In this document: positions 31,451 to 42,800 of the stretch, piece by piece
Layout of the letters: every line of letters starts with the position of its first letter
Position numbering within the stretch: the first letter of the stretch is position 1
Assembly (NCBI GenBank): GCA_014727915.1
Contig: WJMO01000005.1
Span: 64,001 to 128,000 of the forward strand
Origin: Candidatus Altiarchaeales archaeon
GTDB lineage: Archaea > Altiarchaeota > Altiarchaeia > IMC4 > SCGC-AAA252-I15
DNA length: 64,000 bases
Direction: 5' to 3'
The notes under the pieces: model-generated
Database searches by the model: none
What the model saw: only the letters and a program-made list of their open reading frames with translations
Told to the model about the DNA's origin: nothing
Translations under genes and position numbers: made by a program

Positions 31451-32506
31451 ATGAGGTGGGCAGTTTTAGCTATTGTTCTCGTGATTGTGGGTTCCGGATG
31501 CTTTCTGCCCCGTCCTGGCGAGGGCAGGCCCGGCTGGTGGGTTGCCATCGCCAGAGAGCCCACCACCACAACCACCACGGAGACAACAGCTACCACGACC
31601 ACTCTGAGGCTGCATGTCCCGATCCGCCCGGACGTTGGGTTGACCACTACGTCAACGACCACCACTACCACCACATCAACCACCTCCACCACCACAACGA
31701 CTTCCACCACGACCACTGCGACAATCGTGTTGAAGAGGCGCGAGTACCTAGAGAAGGACGGGATGAGCTTCTACCTGGATGATGTGACGACAGTCGATGA
31801 TGTGAACGTAATAACCCTCGACTATAACACCACCGACGGCAGATGGGAGTCAGTCACGTTCACCAACTCCACGATGATAGACAGGATGGAGGCGACCGTG
31901 GTCGGATACGGGCCGGAACTCACGGTCACACTGCACCTCCAGGACAACAAGTACCTCATAGAGAACACTCCAAAGGACGGGGAAGCCTTCGTTGTCGGTA
32001 AGGGCTTGATGAACCGTAGCGTGGCAGGCCACCTGTTCACCCTGGTAAGCCCCCTCTCACAGAGGATAAAGCTCAAAGTAATAAGAGCGAATGAAACGCG
32101 GGTTTTGGACCTTTACGAGGGTGATATCGCCAGATACGACCGGCTGCTCATAGGCGTGCTGAACACCCGTGTCACAGGCCACTATGCGTTCCTCTACGCG
32201 TTGAACGACAGCCGGAAGTTCGAAGAGCATGGAGGTTTGAGGTATTGCACCCTGGACGTCCAACGATACGGGAATGCCAGGTCATACATACTGAACTCTA
32301 CCAATAGCACATCAGTCGGCGACTTCAGCGTTCGGTTGAAATCCCTGGAGTCCGGGGTTCTGACTTTGAACGCCGTCCGAGATGGCTCATCCCATGATCT
32401 CACCCTCTCATGCGGTGGTAGCGTCTTGCTCTACGGGCGGAGGCTCAATCTAGTTTGGTATGGGAAGGCCGACGAGACAGTCTATGCAAGGGTGATCGAA
32501 AACTAG
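31451..32506 (+). CDS. Putative exported/lipoprotein with Thr-rich linker and beta-rich domain
   Basis: Hydrophobic N-terminus ending in VGSGC, poly-Thr tract. Confidence 0.7.
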   Translation: MRWAVLAIVLVIVGSGCFLPRPGEGRPGWWVAIAREPTTTTTTETTATTTTLRLHVPIRPDVGLTTTSTTTTTTTSTTSTTTTTSTTTTATIVLKRREYLEKDGMSFYLDDVTTVDDVNVITLDYNTTDGRWESVTFTNSTMIDRMEATVVGYGPELTVTLHLQDNKYLIENTPKDGEAFVVGKGLMNRSVAGHLFTLVSPLSQRIKLKVIRANETRVLDLYEGDIARYDRLLIGVLNTRVTGHYAFLYALNDSRKFEEHGGLRYCTLDVQRYGNARSYILNSTNSTSVGDFSVRLKSLESGVLTLNAVRDGSSHDLTLSCGGSVLLYGRRLNLVWYGKADETVYARVIEN

Positions 32507-32991
32507 GCCTGTTCTTTCAGCTCTGCGAACACCACCATCTGCGCCTTCTTCGTCTTTTGGAAGCACGCCGGGCAGGTGGGATAGTAGAACATGAACTCCC
32601 GCGCCTTCAACCCCCTACCCTCCAGATCCGACCGCGTCTCTTTCACATATCTTCCTTTGTCATTGTATCTCCCCTCGAACAGGCGGGTGTAGTATCTTCC
32701 CGTGAGCGTCTCAACTGGCAGCTCGTCAGTGTACTCCTTTATCGATATCAGGAGGCTGGACTGGAACATGACCTCCCCCCTTGAGAGCATTATGGGATTC
32801 TCATCCTCCAGCCCGTGCTCCCGTATCTCCCGGGCTGCCTTCTCCATAGCCGAGTTCATGTTCAGTGGTATGTGCATTATGCTCCAGTAGACCACATTGT
32901 AGAACGGCTTACGGTCCCAGTCCCAGAACACCATGTCCCAGTGGAGGGGGTTCAGACGAGAGCAGCAGACCGAGTCCATCGTATGATTCAT
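32503..32991 (-). CDS. Conserved hypothetical protein (GyrI-like, often annotated hydrolase)
   Basis: CC..LNP..WD, HIPLN, FEGRY, FYYPTCPAC motifs. Confidence 0.65.
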   Translation of the reverse strand: MNHTMDSVCCSRLNPLHWDMVFWDWDRKPFYNVVYWSIMHIPLNMNSAMEKAAREIREHGLEDENPIMLSRGEVMFQSSLLISIKEYTDELPVETLTGRYYTRLFEGRYNDKGRYVKETRSDLEGRGLKAREFMFYYPTCPACFQKTKKAQMVVFAELKEQA

Positions 32992-33011
32992 TACTCCCTG
33001 TAAAAAATATA

Positions 33012-33476
33012 TCAGGGTTGGAGGTCCTGTGTCAGGCGCTTCACCTCTGTGATGACCATGTGCAGGTTCCCTGGCAGGTACTCTTCGGAATATGACTTCA
33101 ACTCTATGAGCTTCCGCCTGCCATCGATGTCCAACTGTAGTCTTGCGTCTGGCCTGTTCGGGAGGTGATGGGCGGCGGAAGGCGTGAAACTGTCCGGCAT
33201 CTTGTATATCCCCACCTCGTCTATCGTCCTGCCCAGGTTCACGTACTCCTCCCTCGTTATCTCCTTCGTGTCAGTGTAGGATACGGTCCCGTTCATGTAC
33301 TTCCTGGTGTGGGTTACCCTCTCATTCTCTATGACATACTCTCTCAGATACTGGCTTTCCGGGACGTCACCGCCCGAAACTGTTAAGGCAGTGTGGACTA
33401 TGCTGTAGGGTTCCGTATCCTCCTTTTCAAGGCACCCTGACAGTAATATAATAGCTGCTAATATCAGGTGTCGCAT
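33012..33476 (-). CDS. Putative lipoprotein
   Basis: MRHLILAAIILLSGC lipobox-like signal. Confidence 0.7.
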   Translation of the reverse strand: MRHLILAAIILLSGCLEKEDTEPYSIVHTALTVSGGDVPESQYLREYVIENERVTHTRKYMNGTVSYTDTKEITREEYVNLGRTIDEVGIYKMPDSFTPSAAHHLPNRPDARLQLDIDGRRKLIELKSYSEEYLPGNLHMVITEVKRLTQDLQP

Positions 33477-33535
33477 ATCAAATAATATCTCACATCAAGG
33501 CTTTTTAATACGATGAATTCCATGTTTAACTCGAT

Positions 33536-34192
33536 ATGATAGTCGATGTTCCCAAGAACTGGCTCATGGTGCTTGTGGGGATATCCCTGGTGGTCGTCTC
33601 ACTATCGCTGCTATCCGCTTCGGAGGATGAGTGTTCGACATTCGACCCTTCATACCTGGAGGACTACAACACCCGATTCAACCAGGCCATGCAGCTCTAC
33701 CAGAACGACCAGTGCTCTGGAATAGCCGACCTTGCGCCTCAGTGCGTGCCCGGCCCTTTCGTGTACATACAGGACGCATGCTACTTCAAGCTGGCTATGA
33801 CATCGGGGGACAAGAGCAACTGCGACAACATAGTCAACCAGACAATACAGGATGTGTGCATAAACGGCGCGGTTTCCTCCGTGACCTGCGGCAACAACCA
33901 GACGGACACTTGGGAGGACTGCGACCCGGGCATATGCGCCCAATACCCCCATGACAACTACTGCGACGCGGCAGGCACCGAGGGCTTCGCTTACATAATC
34001 GTGGACGAGAACGACATAGGGAACGTTGCATGCATAGTCTCGGGGGAGCCGTTGGAGGACTATGCGACATGCACCGACACTGAAGGCTTCCACGCGGAAT
34101 TCTGCGACCCAGGCGACAAATGCGAGCCTCCGGGATCCGACATCGAATGCACATGCACCGGCGGGGCCAGCGAGGAACCCCCTGAAGAGTGA
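33536..34192 (+). CDS. Secreted acidic Cys-rich protein
   Basis: Signal peptide, many Cys, CGN...WEDCD motif; TTTTAATA about 26 bp upstream. Confidence 0.7.
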   Translation: MIVDVPKNWLMVLVGISLVVVSLSLLSASEDECSTFDPSYLEDYNTRFNQAMQLYQNDQCSGIADLAPQCVPGPFVYIQDACYFKLAMTSGDKSNCDNIVNQTIQDVCINGAVSSVTCGNNQTDTWEDCDPGICAQYPHDNYCDAAGTEGFAYIIVDENDIGNVACIVSGEPLEDYATCTDTEGFHAEFCDPGDKCEPPGSDIECTCTGGASEEPPEE

Positions 34193-34197
34193 GCAGC

Positions 34198-35379
34198 TCA
34201 GATAACGAAGGCGATCGCGTCCATGGCAGCCACTACCATGAAGCCCTGCAGCATCGCACAGGCCAGGGTCATGCTGTCGTCGACCGACTTGTTCTCTGTG
34301 AGATTCGCGAGCATGATGTAGAACGGGAACGCCACTGCTGTGAACCTTAGAACGCCCTTCACGACGCACAATCCGACGAACAGCATCGCCGCCGTGAGCA
34401 GGAAGGCCAGCAGCCAGTGGGTGAAGCATATGGTCTTCCGGAAGACGATGAGGGCTGCCAGGAAGGACAATATGACTATGATGCTCAGCCTCACAATGTT
34501 ATTGCCTGCCAACCCCCTTTCTATGATATCCAATGGATTGGACAGTTCGCATTTCATCATCTGCTCCTGCACCCGGACGTAGCCCATCGCGTCGCCTGCT
34601 TTGAACTGTGTGTATCCCATGAAGGACAGCGTTCCCAACAGCACTAACGCTGTGAACAGGATGTTCGGCCCTATGCTACGGGCCTTGAACTTGACTCCTC
34701 GGAGGTACTCGTAGACGAGGGGTATGAACGCCAAAAGGCCTGCAACCCTGGTTAGCGCGAGGAAATACCCTGAAACCCCTGATTTCAACCATCTGCCCCG
34801 TCTGGCGTGGTAGAATGTGACCGTCAGCAGCGCGAGGAAAAGGCCTTCTGTCTGCACCTTCGAGAGTATGACCGAAGTGGGGAAAATGAGCAGGTATTTC
34901 ACGGCCCGGTATGCGGTCTCTTCTCCATAATCTAACTTCACGAGCTTGAACAGGTAGTAGGCGGCTACCAGCAAGGAGACGTTAGACACGGCCAAACCCA
35001 CAAAGTATACGAGCTCCTCAGACTTTGACCCGAGCGAGAGGATTCTCAACAGCATCGGGTAGAAGGGGAAGAACCCGTAGTCTAGGCTGTTGAAGCATCC
35101 CTCGCATCTCGGATACCAGTGGGTGGCGAGGTGGACGTACTTGTGGGTGTCCCGCCCGTACCATAGGTTCCAGACCGACTTGACATCTGTGAACGTCCAG
35201 CTTCCCAGCCTGCACGGCCCTGCCAGCACTACCGCGGAACCCCAACCTATCAACGTGATCACAGCCCTTGTAAGGAGGAAAAGCCCCAGTATATACCTGA
35301 TCTCGCCCGGTATCCTGCCTGTTATCGCTTTTATCTCCCCTGTGATCCCCCTCTTCTTCCCGTGTCCGCCCGAAGCCAT
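34198..35379 (-). CDS. GT-C fold membrane glycosyltransferase (PIG-V/mannosyltransferase-like)
   Basis: About ten TM helices, GFFPFYP, VSNVS, IFPTS, TEGLFL, LTRVAG. Confidence 0.8.
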   Translation of the reverse strand: MASGGHGKKRGITGEIKAITGRIPGEIRYILGLFLLTRAVITLIGWGSAVVLAGPCRLGSWTFTDVKSVWNLWYGRDTHKYVHLATHWYPRCEGCFNSLDYGFFPFYPMLLRILSLGSKSEELVYFVGLAVSNVSLLVAAYYLFKLVKLDYGEETAYRAVKYLLIFPTSVILSKVQTEGLFLALLTVTFYHARRGRWLKSGVSGYFLALTRVAGLLAFIPLVYEYLRGVKFKARSIGPNILFTALVLLGTLSFMGYTQFKAGDAMGYVRVQEQMMKCELSNPLDIIERGLAGNNIVRLSIIVILSFLAALIVFRKTICFTHWLLAFLLTAAMLFVGLCVVKGVLRFTAVAFPFYIMLANLTENKSVDDSMTLACAMLQGFMVVAAMDAIAFVI

Positions 35380-35576
35380 ACGCAAAAAACATATTGTCCT
35401 CCAAATAATTTAAACAAATCTCCCTTGTTTTCGGCGTTTTTATAATATTATTTTAATATCTATGTAATGAGGGTTGGCTTAGATTCCCCTGTTTTAGCGG
35501 TTGCTCTGTCAGCCTGTCCCCTGCACGCCCTCGACCATAGGTTCTCTAAATTGAACCCGCCCATTCCGACTTGCAG

Positions 35577-38500
35577 ATGATGAAAATCAAGATTCCCACG
35601 CGGCTGATTCTGGCGCTGCTATTGTTGGCGGCGTTCGTCACCTTCACAACGGGCGCTCCTTATTCGACTTGCGAGTACACCCCCCCCAACGAAAAGAACG
35701 TATGCGGGGAGGATTTCATGGGGTATGAGATGTGCTGCCTTAAAAACCAGGACCCTGACCTGTCCGAGTGTTGTATCGCGGAAGACGGGTCCTACAGTAC
35801 CCTCTGCTGCCTGCCTGGAAAATGCTGCAAGAGCAATGACAACACCACGGCACAATGCTGCGGCGAGTGCGAGACCTGCATCAAAACCGATACCACAACC
35901 CAATGCTGTCCCCTGCAAAGGAAATGCGGCGGCATCTGCTGTCCAGCAGGGGAATACTGTGTCGGAGGCGCCTGCTGCCCGGAGGCGGAGATATGCCCTC
36001 CGAGCTCCCAGTGGCCTGGAAGCTGGTATGAGGACTTCCCCGGAGGTGGCGTAGACGGCTGCGAGTGGGGCAGCGACTTCTCAGAGGTCGACTTCGACTC
36101 ACTATGCTGCAAGACAGACCCCAGCTGCGAATGCTGCGACCTCGACGATGAAAGCGCAGACCCCGACCAGGGCTTCGGTTTGAATCCGATAATCTACGAG
36201 TCCTGCTGTCCTGATGGCGAACCCTACTGTGACACTAAATACAAGCTGGACGGGGATGGTAACTGCGTAGTCGATGAATGGTCTCCAGGCGGAAAAGACA
36301 AGGAATACTGTCACCAGTGCTTGGCTGACGATGACTGCCCGGGCATCGAAGTCTGCTGCGCTGGCGAATGCATACTGGGATGGTGCTGTGCCAACGACCC
36401 CGGCGGATTGGATGCCGGTGACGCGGCCTGGTGGTGCAGCGACATGAAATGCGACGTAGGGCCCGCTTCAAGGTCCTGCTGCGACCTGGACGGGGACGGC
36501 AAGTTCACCTCAGATGACACATGCTGCGACGTTATCGCAGGTGAGTGGTGCCTGGAAACCCACAAATGGTATGACAGCGACCCCGGACTGGAACACACAT
36601 GGGTTTGTGGCACTGGGGCTGAATACAACGACTGGCTTGACGCCAACCACCCGGACTGGGCTAAGATCAACGAGAGGGAATGCCTCGAATGCAAGTGCGA
36701 CGCGGGAGACCCCGTGGGGGACTGTGACGCTGCCGGGTCCACAGGATGCGATGCGGGAGAGGACTGCTGCTACGGCGAATGCTTCGACCCCAAAGACGAC
36801 AAGCTCTCATGCTGCGGGGACGCGTGCAAGCACTGGATATGCCCCACCACAGACCAAGCCAACGGCGGCCCGAACAGCGCGGAATTCCCGAGATGCTGCC
36901 AGGTCATGAACCCCGGAAAGTCAGCAATCGGCGACTGGAGGTGCTGCGACAAGGGCAAGACCTGCTGCGGGAAATGGGACAACCCGGACGCGACATGCTG
37001 CTGCAAGATAGGATACTGCATAAACCGGGCGGGCGGCGGACCAGGCTTCGGAGGCAGGACCATGCCAGGAGAGTCATGGATGGACGTGCTCATACCCGGG
37101 GTGGAAGGGCAGCAGCAGCCGGGCATGGGATGGGAGTGCGCCGACTGCCTTCCACAGAACGGCATACTAGACTGCCCGCTCTGCCAGACCTGCGGAGCCA
37201 ACTTCGAATGCGAGAACATGCCACCATGCAGCCAGGACCCCAGGGGATGCACCTACGCTCCAATGTGCCGGTCCTGCTGGGGCGGTATGTGCGCCGGCGC
37301 CGACCCCTGCTGCCCGGGCGGATGCTCCTTATGCTTTCCCATGATGGGATGCTGCGGGGGGAACGTTGCCATACCCTTCTTCGACAACACCAACGCACCC
37401 TACGACTGCCCAGTCACGGAATACCGGTGGGCTACGCCTAACCCGCTGTGCACTCAGGCGATGGGCTGTGTGGAGTCCGTGGACGAGTGCATGTGCGCGA
37501 AGTACACCGCCTGCGCGAGCCCCACCGGCGCGGACCTCTTCCAGTACCGTTACTTCCCCGACATCGAGGACGCATGCCCCGACAACGAGACCAGCATAAT
37601 GGGATGCATAGTCGTCACAGTAGGCCAGGCAGACCCGATAACCTGCTGTGGCCACACGACAACACTCCCAAGCGGACCCACCTCGACCATAACCCCCCCG
37701 AGCATAACCTCCACGACATCCCCCTCGACCACGATAACATCAACTACCGTAACGACTACCACGCTGATGGGTGGCTCGACAACGTCGACCTCGTCGTCGA
37801 GCACGACCTCGACCATATGCCCCCTCTGCCCCCCGGACTGCACATGCTTCGAAGAGGACTGCCCGCCAGGCTATGTGGAGATGACCACCACAACTGGAGA
37901 GCCCACAACCTCCACGACAGCCACCAGCACCAGTTCGACCTCAACAACATCCACTACCATAAAGGACTGCTGCGAGTCCCATTCGGATACCGGCTGCCAG
38001 TCTGCAGCGTGCCAGTTTTGCGTGTGCGCTTACAGGGCGTCATGCTGCCAGGACGGGTGGTCCGATGAGTGTGTCTCTTACGCATACGGCTTATGCTCTG
38101 ATGACTGCAGCTGCCCCCTCCTAGACTGCTGCGAATCGCACGAGCAGCCCAGATGCGACAACCCCACCTGCGAATCATGCGTTGACGGCTTCGACGACTC
38201 ATGCATGGACGACAGCTGGGGCCAGTCATGCGTGGTGACGGCATACACCGACTGCTTCGGAAGCTGCGGATGCGAGAAGGACGACTGCTGCTCAACCCAT
38301 CAGTCGCCCGGCTGCACTGACAGCGCATGCGAGACCTGCGTCTGCGACGTGGACTCCGACTGCTGCGGAACCGAATGGGACAGCTTCTGCACGGACATAG
38401 CCAACAACGACTGCGACGAGGAATGCCAGTGCGTCACCACATCCACCACGACCACCCTCGCGCCCACCACAACATCCACCCTATCCCCAACGACCACTTC

Positions 38501-39263
38501 ATCAGTCACTACGACCTCATCATCCACAACGACATCCACCCTGCACTGTGTCCAATTGAGTGCTGGCAGCGTGGGCAACCAGGGCAGCTGCGGAAGCTGC
38601 TGGGCGTTCAGCTTAACCGGGACCATGGAGGGAGTCGCATCCAAAGAGGGCGTTTCGATAATGCCCCTCTCAGAACAGTATCTGGTATCTGACTGCTGTC
38701 AACCATACATGGACTGCGATGGAGGATTCGTCTCCGACGCGATCGACGGGTGCGTGTCTCTTGGTGGTGTCGTCAGCGAGGCCTGCTACCCGTACACGGG
38801 CGCTGACGAGAGCTGCCCGTCGGACTGTCCCGGGTCGGGGATGTGGATAGAGCGGTGGAGGGCCACGGGCGGCCAGAGGTCAGCCCCGTCCGTGTCATGG
38901 TTGAAGTCCATCCTTGAAACAGGCCCGGTCTCGATAGACATGCCCTGGAACTGCGTCCGATACACCGGATACGACGTCTCCGACGAATACGGCGTGGACG
39001 AGGACGTGGCAAGGTGCTCCCCGGGGTGCAACTACCCCTACGACTCGGAGGCGGGAGGCTGGCATGCGATGGTCTTGGCAGGCTACTGCGAGAACCCGAA
39101 AGACCCTGACATCGGCTACTGGATAATCAAGAACAGCTGGGGTCCAAGCTGGGTGGACGGCGGCATATCAAGCAACAACGGCTACGTTAACATAGAATTC
39201 GACGAATGCGGCACATTCAGGTATGTGGTGCCCGTAAGAAGCATAACACATCAGACCCCCTAA
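35577..39263 (+). CDS. Secreted Cys-rich modular protein with C-terminal papain-family (C1A) peptidase
   Basis: Signal peptide, about 950 aa Cys-rich/Thr-linker region, NQGSCGSCWAFS, LSEQYLVSDC, CDGG, WHAMVLAGY, YWIIKNSWG. Confidence 0.88.
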   Translation: MMKIKIPTRLILALLLLAAFVTFTTGAPYSTCEYTPPNEKNVCGEDFMGYEMCCLKNQDPDLSECCIAEDGSYSTLCCLPGKCCKSNDNTTAQCCGECETCIKTDTTTQCCPLQRKCGGICCPAGEYCVGGACCPEAEICPPSSQWPGSWYEDFPGGGVDGCEWGSDFSEVDFDSLCCKTDPSCECCDLDDESADPDQGFGLNPIIYESCCPDGEPYCDTKYKLDGDGNCVVDEWSPGGKDKEYCHQCLADDDCPGIEVCCAGECILGWCCANDPGGLDAGDAAWWCSDMKCDVGPASRSCCDLDGDGKFTSDDTCCDVIAGEWCLETHKWYDSDPGLEHTWVCGTGAEYNDWLDANHPDWAKINERECLECKCDAGDPVGDCDAAGSTGCDAGEDCCYGECFDPKDDKLSCCGDACKHWICPTTDQANGGPNSAEFPRCCQVMNPGKSAIGDWRCCDKGKTCCGKWDNPDATCCCKIGYCINRAGGGPGFGGRTMPGESWMDVLIPGVEGQQQPGMGWECADCLPQNGILDCPLCQTCGANFECENMPPCSQDPRGCTYAPMCRSCWGGMCAGADPCCPGGCSLCFPMMGCCGGNVAIPFFDNTNAPYDCPVTEYRWATPNPLCTQAMGCVESVDECMCAKYTACASPTGADLFQYRYFPDIEDACPDNETSIMGCIVVTVGQADPITCCGHTTTLPSGPTSTITPPSITSTTSPSTTITSTTVTTTTLMGGSTTSTSSSSTTSTICPLCPPDCTCFEEDCPPGYVEMTTTTGEPTTSTTATSTSSTSTTSTTIKDCCESHSDTGCQSAACQFCVCAYRASCCQDGWSDECVSYAYGLCSDDCSCPLLDCCESHEQPRCDNPTCESCVDGFDDSCMDDSWGQSCVVTAYTDCFGSCGCEKDDCCSTHQSPGCTDSACETCVCDVDSDCCGTEWDSFCTDIANNDCDEECQCVTTSTTTTLAPTTTSTLSPTTTSSVTTTSSSTTTSTLHCVQLSAGSVGNQGSCGSCWAFSLTGTMEGVASKEGVSIMPLSEQYLVSDCCQPYMDCDGGFVSDAIDGCVSLGGVVSEACYPYTGADESCPSDCPGSGMWIERWRATGGQRSAPSVSWLKSILETGPVSIDMPWNCVRYTGYDVSDEYGVDEDVARCSPGCNYPYDSEAGGWHAMVLAGYCENPKDPDIGYWIIKNSWGPSWVDGGISSNNGYVNIEFDECGTFRYVVPVRSITHQTP

Positions 39264-39264
39264 T

Positions 39265-39894
39265 ATGGATACAAAAATGAAAATATCGGCTTGGACTGCG
39301 GCTTCGATAATCATGGTATTCCTACTCTCGAGCCCGGTGTCGGCTCTGAAGAACCCGGGCGCTGTATACTGCGAGCGGCTTGGGATGGCATATGTCATAG
39401 AGAAGACCGAGTTAGGAGACCAGGGAATGTGCATAATGCCGGACGGGGAGAAATGCGTGGACGCGGACTTCGTGCGCGGGGAATGCGGAGCGGAATACAG
39501 CTACTGCTCTCTGAAAGGCTACACGCTGAAGACCAGGGACGGTAAGGAGGCCGTATGCGTGATGGATGACGGCAGGGAGGAGCCGGTGGTCGACCTGGTG
39601 AAGAGAGACATTTCACTTGGAAAATACGAGGAGGAGACCCTCATACCCGAGACGGGCGACTGCGGGGATGGAGTATGCTCCCGCGACGAGAGCCCCGTTA
39701 TATGCCCAGAGGACTGCCCGGTGATAACGCCGCCGATCGAGCACTGCGGCAACGGGTTCTGCGAGCCCTGGGAGGACTACGGCTCCTGCCCGGACGACTG
39801 CGTGCGCAGGGACATGACAGCAGCCGTCGTGGTGGCGGTCATCGCGGTCGTGGTATTGGTTTACATAGTTTTGAAGAGGCGGAAGAAGACATGA
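39265..39894 (+). CDS. DUF333-like, Cys-rich protein with C-terminal membrane anchor
   Basis: Signal peptide, KNPGAVYC...GMCIMPDG, two CG(D/N)G.C....CP.DC repeats, TM helix plus KRRKKT. Confidence 0.78.
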   Translation: MDTKMKISAWTAASIIMVFLLSSPVSALKNPGAVYCERLGMAYVIEKTELGDQGMCIMPDGEKCVDADFVRGECGAEYSYCSLKGYTLKTRDGKEAVCVMDDGREEPVVDLVKRDISLGKYEEETLIPETGDCGDGVCSRDESPVICPEDCPVITPPIEHCGNGFCEPWEDYGSCPDDCVRRDMTAAVVVAVIAVVVLVYIVLKRRKKT

Positions 39895-42800
39895 ACAAAA
39901 GGGACGTGCAGACGGCACTGTCGGCTTTGACGGTTCTCGTAGCGTTAGCTACCACGGTCTCGGCTCAGACACCCGATGGAGTTTGCGCAGCTATGAGGGA
40001 TGGCGTCCCAAACCTTGATTCATCCTGCCTCGACTGGCCTGGATCTGGGGACCCCACCCAAATGGACATTATGACAGAATGCGATTCCTACTGCGACGGT
40101 CAGGTGGGCAATATGGCCGGAGCAGTCGTATTCGACTGTGACCCCGCTGCAGAGGGCAATGACATATGCTGCTACTGCTGCGGAAACGGGGATCCCACTT
40201 GCATGTGTGAATACTCTTTCCCTCTTAGTACCATGGGATATGAGTTTCCAGAATGCCTCAACCCAGTCCACCCGACATTAGAGGAGGATGAGATATGCGA
40301 AGAATACTGTTTGACTATTGGCATGACAGACTACGTCGACTTTTTCCTGGACTGCAGCGATTCCTTCGGAGGGTTCGTAGGATATGACATCTGCTGCTGG
40401 TGCCAGGACGAAGACCCCCCAGACCCAGAGCCTGAAGGGTTCTGCTGCTGGGAGACCTGCTGCTGCCCCGTGACAACCACGTCGACGCAGCCTCTGTTGC
40501 CTAGCAGCAGCGAGAGCGCCAGCACGGGCTCAGACTCATACCCCACCGACGAGGACACCCTATGCAGCGAGTTCTGCGGGACCATGGGCTACGAGGGCGG
40601 ATACTGCGGAGGCCCAGACGACAACCTCGAAGGATTATGGGTTAGCGACCCGTGCACCGCAAACGGCGACATACTCACAGGATACGACGGACCAGTATTC
40701 AGCGGAGAAGATGCGCTCTGCATGGACGACTGGTACTGGTGCTGCTGCGTGGAGCCGCAGCTCCAATCATCATCATCCGCCTCTCAGAGCACGGAGAGCC
40801 AGGACAGCCAGAGCTCTGAGAGCCAGAGCTCAGGCAGCAGTTCATCGAGCAGCAGCCTCAGCCCATGCGCCGAATACTGCACCGTGACCCTCCCATACGA
40901 CGACGGATACTGCGACTTCGACAACGACTTCCCCAACGCCGTTGACGTATGCAGGTCAGGCCTGGACTACTGGACCGGCATAAACGGCATGAACGGCCCG
41001 ATAACGCCATGGACTCCTTTATGCGAGGACAGCACATGGTGCTGCTGCGCCCTCGAGAGCTCCAGCAGCAGCTCTTCATCAAGCTCCTCATCCACTACGC
41101 TCACATGCAACGACCTATGCCTGGACATCGTCGAGACCGGCGACGTATGCGGCCGGCTATGCACCAAACACGATGAATGCCGCCTGGGCTGTGAGATATG
41201 CATGATAGAGGACTATGACGTCAACGAGACCGGCAGGTGCTCCACCAGCTACACCAACCAGACCAACTACGGGAGCTGCGGACTACCATGCACCCACGAC
41301 GCTAACTGCACCAGGGGCTGCGACCAGTGCATAGACCTGACCTGCGTCGACCAGGAGCAGCTATACGACGGCGGCGAATGCCAGAACTGGACGCGGTTCC
41401 CCCAGTATGAGTCCCCATTCTTCCCGGACATAGAGATATGGCACGAGTGCTTCTTCTGGGACTGGGACTACCAGGGCCCCAACAACTGCGAGGAAGAGAC
41501 CGACGGAGACTGGCTAAACTGCTGCTGTCAGGTGATACCCTCAACTTCAAGCTCGTCAACGTCGTCATCCGAGTCAGACGAGACAGATATACCACCCAGC
41601 GAATCACAGGAAACCGGAAGCTCCAGTAGCTCCAGCAGCTCAAGCGGCAGCTCCACCTCAGGTCCGGGGGATGTGACCTGCTGCGACGACCTGAACATGA
41701 AAGTCCTCTTCGACGACGACCTCAGCGAGGGAACCACAAGGGGGGTTGTGATCGGTGACGGGCAGCTAGTCTTCGGAGGATTCCTCCCAAACAACAACGG
41801 AGCCATACTGTACACCACAGACGACCCCCAGACGGGGATTATAAACAGGAAGCGGGGCGCGGTCTGCGTTGAGATGGCGTTGAACCAGCCGAGTGATGCT
41901 ATGGGAGATGGGGTGTTCTTCTACGAGGGCAGGATGCCAAGCAGCAACATCTACCTCCTATTCAACGAGTTCACAGATTCTGTGACCTATGGGAAGTCAT
42001 TCTTCGGAGACCTAAACACGCTCTCGGAGGTGTTGGATCCCCTCGACTGGAGCAGCGGCTCAGTGCACAGCCTGGCTGCAACCTGGGATTACGAGGGCGT
42101 CTCAGACCCGATGAGGTTGTACTCTGACAGGATAAGCGTGCAGTCCACCGACGACAACAAGGGCATTGGCCTGCTGGACACTCACATGTACCTCGGAAAC
42201 AACAAGGCAGGCACCGGGGCCTTGAATGTCATATACACCCGCTTCACAGTCTGCGGGGAAGACCCGGAGGAGGAGTGCTGCACCCAAACCTACCCTGTAG
42301 ATGATACGATAGAACTGCTGCAGCAGAACGGTGTCGGGCCAGGCGACCAGATACGGGTGGAGACCATGGGCGACTGCGAGACCCTGCAGTCAGACACCGT
42401 AGCATGCCTGTACAGGGACAATGCCCTAGAATACTCCGACGATGACGGTGCAGTCGGCGTGTGCTCGGCGATATTCGGGGAGGCCGATTCGATAGCCCAT
42501 AACACGGAATACTTCATAGTAACAGATGCCGGCTCATACGACGTCAGGGTCTCCGGTCCAGGGGACTCCGACTGCAGCGACGGCGGCAACGTAGTCCCAA
42601 CGAGCGAGGGCGAATACGATGTGCGCATATGCGGCATAGGTTTCAGCCCCACATGCGAGACTCTCCCCACACAGACCACGATACCCCCGGGGCCGACGAC
42701 AACCCTTGTCCCGACCACTTCGACGAGTATCTCCCCGACGACCACCATCGAACCGACCACCACAACATCCCCCCCAATCACATGCTGCGATACTCCAGAG

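Noticed and set aside
39675-39890. Upstream extension of the giant ORF given by the ORF track
   Set aside because: Overlaps the DUF333 gene; the ATG at 39891 gives a signal peptide and ATGA coupling
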